64,000 bases of DNA, taken from contig OZ244239.1 in assembly GCA_965217115.1 (NCBI GenBank), positions 64,001 to 128,000 on the forward strand. The letters run 5' to 3'. Below are positions 58,914 through 64,000 of this stretch, one piece after another (within the stretch, counting starts at the first letter, position 1; each line of letters starts with the position of its first letter). The notes below the pieces were generated by a model, which was given only the letters and a program-made list of their open reading frames with translations, ran no database searches and had not been told where the DNA came from. The translations under genes and the position numbers were made by a program. Origin of the DNA: Bdellovibrionales bacterium. Its GTDB lineage: Bacteria; Bdellovibrionota; Bdellovibrionia; Bdellovibrionales; CAYMLA01.

Positions 58914-59666
58914 ATGGACACTCAACAATTAGTAGAATCTAAGATTATTACCTTAAAGAAGGTTAATAAATGGTTTGGCGATTTCCATGTTTTAAAAGAT
59001 ATAGACCTATCTGTGGAAAAAGGTGAAATTTTAGTTGTTTGTGGACCCTCTGGTTCGGGTAAGTCAACTCTGGTTCGTTGCCTGAATCGACTAGAGGAGC
59101 ATCAATCCGGTGAGATATTTGTCACAGACATAGAGTTGACGGGCGATAAGAAGAGTATCAGTTCTATTCGTGAGGATGTCGGGATGGTTTTCCAGCATTT
59201 TAATTTATTTCCACATCTAACTGTTTTGGAAAATCTAACTTTAGGACAAATATATGTAAAGAAGATATCTAAGGAAGAAGCTCAAGACAGAGCCCTGTTT
59301 TTCTTAGAGAGAATAAAAATTAAGGACCATGCCTATAAGTATCCCGGCCAAATATCAGGAGGGCAGAAACAGAGGGTTGCTATTGCTCGATCGCTGTGTA
59401 TGAAGCCTAAAATTTTATTATTTGATGAGCCCACCTCTGCATTAGACCCGGAGATGGTTAAAGAAGTTCTTGATATTATAGTGGACTTAGCTAAAGAGAA
59501 TATCACTATGATTGTTGTCACCCATGAAATGGGTTTTGCAAAAGAAGTGGCAGATCGAGTGATTTTCATGGCCGATGGAATGATCTTAGAATCAAACACG
59601 CCTAGGGAGTTTTTTGGAAACCCCCAACACCCCCAGCTAAAAACATTCTTAGATCAAATTCTATGA
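58914..59666 (+). CDS. aapP: Amino acid ABC transporter ATP-binding protein
   Basis: GPSGSGKST, ISGGQKQR and DEPTSALD motifs. Confidence 0.93.
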   Translation: MDTQQLVESKIITLKKVNKWFGDFHVLKDIDLSVEKGEILVVCGPSGSGKSTLVRCLNRLEEHQSGEIFVTDIELTGDKKSISSIREDVGMVFQHFNLFPHLTVLENLTLGQIYVKKISKEEAQDRALFFLERIKIKDHAYKYPGQISGGQKQRVAIARSLCMKPKILLFDEPTSALDPEMVKEVLDIIVDLAKENITMIVVTHEMGFAKEVADRVIFMADGMILESNTPREFFGNPQHPQLKTFLDQIL

Positions 59667-59680
59667 AAGAATAAATCTAT

Positions 59681-59837
59681 GGTCACCGGAGCAGTATAAA
59701 CCCTACAAGGACTTTGTCCATTTCCAAACGAAATTCCTGACATTAATAGAATGATTTCAGAGATTGTAAATGACAAACTCTATGCAGTTTTTATCTACAG
59801 TAGAAACGACTAATAGGTGCGGAAGGAGATGAATCCA
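59681..59837. repeat. Mosaic remnant composed of pieces of three neighbouring genes
   Basis: 59681-59779 resembles 60269-60367; 59761-59814 resembles 60541-60594; 59811-59837 is identical to 61010-61036. Confidence 0.85.
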
Positions 59838-59863
59838 ACACCTACTAGAGCGGTCTTTAAAAA

Positions 59864-60373
59864 TTAATGACAGCGAGGGATCTCGTTATTAAGCCTTTTT
59901 ATGAGCTTGTCATAATACGCACTCATGATACTCTTGGCGCTATTAAAGAAAGTAGGTCTTTTAGAAAGTTCTTCATCAATAGAAGCTATTAAAAGAATGG
60001 GCTTAGTTCCTGCCCGCAGGTCTTTGGCTAATTCAAAACCGTAAGAGCAATAGACGTTTACATCTGGAGTATGCCAACATGTAACATTGCTCACATAGCT
60101 GAGTAGTCCACTGTATATGCCTATTAAGGCTTTACCCTCTTGTACTTCCTTAATTACAGTCTCTGGGAAACCGTCATCCAGAAGGCCGATGCCAACTTGT
60201 ATCACTTCATATCCTTTTTCTTTAAGAATATGCTCGGTGTATCGCCTGAAGCCGAGTGGTGCACCATCGGTTACTGGAGCAGTATAAACCTTACAAGTAC
60301 TCTGTTCATTTCCAAACGAAATTCCTGACATTAATAGAATGATTCCAGATATTGTTAATGACAAACTTTTCAT
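59864..60373 (-). CDS. Hypothetical secreted protein
   Basis: Signal peptide from ATG 60373 (MKSLSLTISG) after AGGGGG; four Cys. Confidence 0.7.
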   Translation of the reverse strand: MKSLSLTISGIILLMSGISFGNEQSTCKVYTAPVTDGAPLGFRRYTEHILKEKGYEVIQVGIGLLDDGFPETVIKEVQEGKALIGIYSGLLSYVSNVTCWHTPDVNVYCSYGFELAKDLRAGTKPILLIASIDEELSKRPTFFNSAKSIMSAYYDKLIKRLNNEIPRCH

Positions 60374-60530
60374 TTCATCCCCCCTTATAGAATTGCTTAA
60401 ATACCTACTCCACCCCCTACAAGTGGGCAAGGGGTAAGTGATCTAACGCTATATGACAGAAAATTTGCACGGAAGAGAGAGGTCACCGATGGGCAACCTC
60501 CTGATTTTTAGACAATAACTATTTGAAAGT

Positions 60531-60866
60531 TTACAGACTAAGATTATAAATGACAGACTTTATGCAGTTTTTATCTACAGTAGAAACGACTAATCTAATA
60601 CCAGTAACAGCGGGACTTACTGCAAATTTCTCAGTGATAATATTTGCCATGTAAGAGCAACCATCTGCTAATGGCGCCTCTTCATTTACAATAACCCTAA
60701 ATTCATAGGCAGTTCCAGTTACTTTAACGGAATTAACCAAATCCTCTCCTATGCTGTCAACAAAGGCACTGCTATTAAACGCAACTTGAAGAGCCTCTGC
60801 TTGAGTAAATGCAAAGCTAGTTGTCGAAAAAATTAAAATGACTGCCGTTAGTATGATCTTTTTCAT
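60531..60866 (-). CDS. Small hypothetical secreted protein
   Basis: MKKIILTAV...SFA signal peptide after GGAGG; two Cys. Confidence 0.7.
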   Translation of the reverse strand: MKKIILTAVILIFSTTSFAFTQAEALQVAFNSSAFVDSIGEDLVNSVKVTGTAYEFRVIVNEEAPLADGCSYMANIITEKFAVSPAVTGIRLVVSTVDKNCIKSVIYNLSL

Positions 60867-61008
60867 AAATTCCTCCAATTAAATTTTATCCATTAACATT
60901 AAATAGATGACCACTAACATTCCTTCCCGCAAGTGAGCAAGAAATAATCTACTCAATACTAATGACAGAGTAATTTTTACAAAGCTTAACCCGCTTTTGT
61001 GCATGGGA

Positions 61009-63825
61009 TTAATAGGTGCGGAAGGAGATGAATCCAGTGTACTCTGTCTCGTGACGGCCTGAACCAGTGGGGTCTACCCTGCGATCTAGGTTATAAGCCA
61101 GATCTAGGACGAGGGCTCCAACGGGAGTTTTATAGCGAAGACCTACCCCAGCGGCATGGCGATAACTATCAGGAAACTTAAAGCCGGCAACTTGGACTGA
61201 GCCGCCATCATAAAAGAGTGTTCCTTCAACATCATTCCACAAAGGGTATCTAAGTTCTGATTTTAATAAATAAAAAGTGCTATGGGTTGTTAGTTTAAGG
61301 GATTCTCCTTCCTCTAATCCAAATTCAAATTGATTGTTGGGAAAACGATTCTTCGGTTCCAACCCACGTATTGTACTGCTTCCACCTAAGGTAAATCCTT
61401 TTGTGACGTAGGGGACGTAGCTATTTACATTTAGATTTTTTAAATAACCTCCTTGTATGGAGTTACTCCAGACAAGTTGACTATTATAAAAATTAGAATA
61501 GTGGATGAAAGATGCTGTTGAACGAATGTATGTGATACCAGAGGAGCTTCCAAGTATAGGGGTCCCGTATTCTACATGAAGATGACTTAATGTTCCAGCA
61601 GTGGCATAAATAGGATGATTTCGATAATCAAGTTCTATAGAAGGCCCTGTAAAGGCGATACGATTGATGACAGTGGGGTTCTTTTTTCCATTACTAACAC
61701 TAGATTCTTTGTTTTCGGAGATATCAATAAGATTCCATGAGCCTTTGATTTTTGAAGAGAAATACTGACTTAGAGAGAAGTTAATAGAGAGCTTTTCAAG
61801 AATGGTGTCAGCCTGGTCTTCAGGTAAACTTTGGGAATGTAACAAATAAACATGACCTCTCGTTCTTGAATTTAGAATGTATGGCTCTGTATAGCTAAGT
61901 CGAACCTTGCTTTGGGTAAAACCACTTCGCGTGTCATTACTTTGGTGTGTATTAATGATGCGATTTCCTTCAACTTTGAGTGTTGTAGAGCGTCCACTGC
62001 CTCCAATATTAAAATAAGAAGCTGTCATGAAACCACGTCCTGTGATTTCTCTTTCATTTGTTAAGCCAACACCAACAGTGAAGAGCCCAGGTAGACGTTC
62101 ATTGAGTTTCACTATAATAGTGCGTTCAGAGATCGAAGTGTTTTTCTCTAGCATACTGATACTAATGTTACGAAATAGACTTGTGCGACGTAAACGATTA
62201 ATAGATTCCTTTATTAAGTGGGGGGTTAATGTGTCACCTACTTTAAATTCTAATTCATTAAGGACAACTGGGATTTTTGTTTTCTTATTTCCTTCGATGA
62301 CAATGCGCTTAACAACAACACGAGGACCTTCGTAAAGATCAAATATGATGACCGCCTGTGAGCCATCTTCATTAAACTGAATTAAATTATCATGCCTATT
62401 AAGCAAGGACATTTCTAAATAGCCATTTTTTTTATAAAATTCAGAAATTTTTTGTAACGACGCCTCTAAGGCTTCTTTCATTAGAGGAGTGCCTTCTTTT
62501 ACTGAGAGAAGCATTTTTAAGCGTTCAGCCGTGTAGTTAGCATTATTCTTAAAATCAATTTCATTGACGTGTGTGATCTTACCTTCATAAAATGAAATAA
62601 AAATATCTACGGAATTTTTCTTCTTATTATATTGGACTCTCGAAGAGGAAATTTTAGCCTGTAGATAACCTTCATTTTGTAATTCTAGAATAAGATTACC
62701 GATACCGATATCGATGCCCTTACGATTGTAATAACGATTTTGAATAAGAGGGGAGCTGTGTTTGAGAATCAATTTCCTATAATAGGCTTCTTTTCTAGAA
62801 AAAGTCCCTTGGAAATTAAGAGTTCTAATTCTGATTTTGTGACCTTCATCTACCCTTATAAGGATAGTTTTAGTAAAGGCAGAGTTATTTGTTTTAAGAA
62901 GGGAATTTACTTTTACACGAGAATAGCCCCTTTTTAGGTAATACTCCTTAACTCTTACTGTTAAATCAGAGATGGAATTTTTATCTGCACGGTAGAAATT
63001 TTTAAATTTTATATTTTGTCTAATTTGGGAAGCGCTCTCTCTTTTATATCCCCTTATTGAGAGGCTATATGAGAAGGGGTCTTGTATTTTGTAGGTGATA
63101 AATGCTCTAGTCTTATTACTGGAATAGACTACCTTGGGCCCTAGAAGAGATGAACTAATATAATTTTCTTTCATAAAAAGCGCAATGATCCTCTGTCTTA
63201 CTTGAGATAGCTCTTTCTTACTAAAAGAACTGCCCAAGAAGGGGCGGGTGTTTTTTTCTAATTTCTGTTTTAGAACTTTATTCTCCGTATTTATATGTAT
63301 GCCAGAAATTTCACAGGGGGAGCCCTCGGAAATAGAATATGTGATGCTGATTTTGTCAAAAAACCTTTTCCCATAAGAGATACGAATTTGAGCATTGAGA
63401 TAACCGTTGTCTCTATAAAGTTTCCTCAACACCCTAATTGATTGTTCGGTATTCTTTTGATCGAATGAAGTGTCCTCTTTTATATCCAATGCGTCTCTTA
63501 AATCAGAGTTAGAAAAGTACTGGTTTCCATGTATAGAAATTTTATCAATTACTCTGATAGGAAATGCAGTTATAGTATTCAGAGGAGAGCCATTTGTGTT
63601 TTCTTTGTAGACAAAGACATTCTCAAACTTATTAGTTTTCATTAAATATCGAATTACTCTATCTAGATAAGAAGGGGAGAGTTTCTTGTTTTTTAACCTA
63701 GGAAATTTGGAGAAGAGTTCCTTCTTTATCTCCGAAGGGATACCAGTCATTTTGAGTTTTCCATAGGATTGGGAATTCATTAACATAAATACGGTTATAA
63801 ATATTAAATACCTATAGAAACCCAT
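61009..63825 (-). CDS. Omp85 family (BamA/TamA-like) outer membrane protein with multiple POTRA domains
   Basis: Repeated I.I.GN...GY POTRA motifs, LGGSSTIRG and G.GLRYKTPVG. Confidence 0.88.
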   Translation of the reverse strand: MGFYRYLIFITVFMLMNSQSYGKLKMTGIPSEIKKELFSKFPRLKNKKLSPSYLDRVIRYLMKTNKFENVFVYKENTNGSPLNTITAFPIRVIDKISIHGNQYFSNSDLRDALDIKEDTSFDQKNTEQSIRVLRKLYRDNGYLNAQIRISYGKRFFDKISITYSISEGSPCEISGIHINTENKVLKQKLEKNTRPFLGSSFSKKELSQVRQRIIALFMKENYISSSLLGPKVVYSSNKTRAFITYKIQDPFSYSLSIRGYKRESASQIRQNIKFKNFYRADKNSISDLTVRVKEYYLKRGYSRVKVNSLLKTNNSAFTKTILIRVDEGHKIRIRTLNFQGTFSRKEAYYRKLILKHSSPLIQNRYYNRKGIDIGIGNLILELQNEGYLQAKISSSRVQYNKKKNSVDIFISFYEGKITHVNEIDFKNNANYTAERLKMLLSVKEGTPLMKEALEASLQKISEFYKKNGYLEMSLLNRHDNLIQFNEDGSQAVIIFDLYEGPRVVVKRIVIEGNKKTKIPVVLNELEFKVGDTLTPHLIKESINRLRRTSLFRNISISMLEKNTSISERTIIVKLNERLPGLFTVGVGLTNEREITGRGFMTASYFNIGGSGRSTTLKVEGNRIINTHQSNDTRSGFTQSKVRLSYTEPYILNSRTRGHVYLLHSQSLPEDQADTILEKLSINFSLSQYFSSKIKGSWNLIDISENKESSVSNGKKNPTVINRIAFTGPSIELDYRNHPIYATAGTLSHLHVEYGTPILGSSSGITYIRSTASFIHYSNFYNSQLVWSNSIQGGYLKNLNVNSYVPYVTKGFTLGGSSTIRGLEPKNRFPNNQFEFGLEEGESLKLTTHSTFYLLKSELRYPLWNDVEGTLFYDGGSVQVAGFKFPDSYRHAAGVGLRYKTPVGALVLDLAYNLDRRVDPTGSGRHETEYTGFISFRTY

Positions 63826-64000
63826 TACTCAAACTCTACTTTGTATTCAATATCAAAGCCAACAATATTCTTATCATCATCATCATTGTCATCAGTGATA
63901 GTATCATTGTTTTTGTTATCAATACTGCCTTTAAGGAAAAGGTTGCTGTTAATACGGTAGTTAGCATTAAAGTTAAAACCTCTTTTTTCATTGATAGAAA
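63825..64000 (-). CDS. C-terminus of a probable TamB-like protein (partial)
   Basis: Manual translation ends ...NIVGFDIEYKVEFE*; the stop overlaps the Omp85 ATG (TAATG). Confidence 0.55.
   Translation of the reverse strand, partial: SINEKRGFNFNANYRINSNLFLKGSIDNKNNDTITDDNDDDDKNIVGFDIEYKVEFE

Noticed and set aside
1..64000. tRNA or rRNA genes, prophage and defence systems
   Set aside because: None were recognised by eye; tRNAscan-SE and DefenseFinder were not run.

Overview
A 64-kb, roughly 40% GC bacterial chromosomal window, most consistent with Bdellovibrionota (inferred from the GYF+PilZ protein, the 'FNNC' lipoprotein signal and the rnc-era-der-transporter-OMP-pur synteny). Most of it is housekeeping: class Ia nrdAB, speB, kynA/kynB, queG, cca, sufE, scoAB/thiolase, iscS-mnmA-mtaB, rnc-era-der, a pur operon, an Aap-type amino-acid ABC transporter and tamB/Omp85. 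The accessory signals are: (1) two long-hairpin intergenic repeat families 52 kb apart that differ in their stems but share a conserved bipartite core (GCGAGTTYGGMTTGG...CAAACGAATGTYTGAGC); (2) a tandem array of three FGE-sulfatase/CLec-fold lipoprotein genes whose 3' ends carry a DGR-like codon-position-1/2 substitution signature, with no RT or template repeat in the window, and a third copy broken by locally templated patches; (3) a compact bufferin-like RiPP locus, with a DUF2282-type precursor and a fused MNIO (DUF692)-DUF2063 enzyme; (4) a long structured, terminator-containing nrdA leader behind tandem NrdR-like boxes; (5) a candidate ~100-nt sRNA with a C-rich loop; and (6) a microhomology-joined mosaic of three neighbouring genes next to the Omp85 gene end. 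All calls come from reading the sequence by eye; no searches were run.
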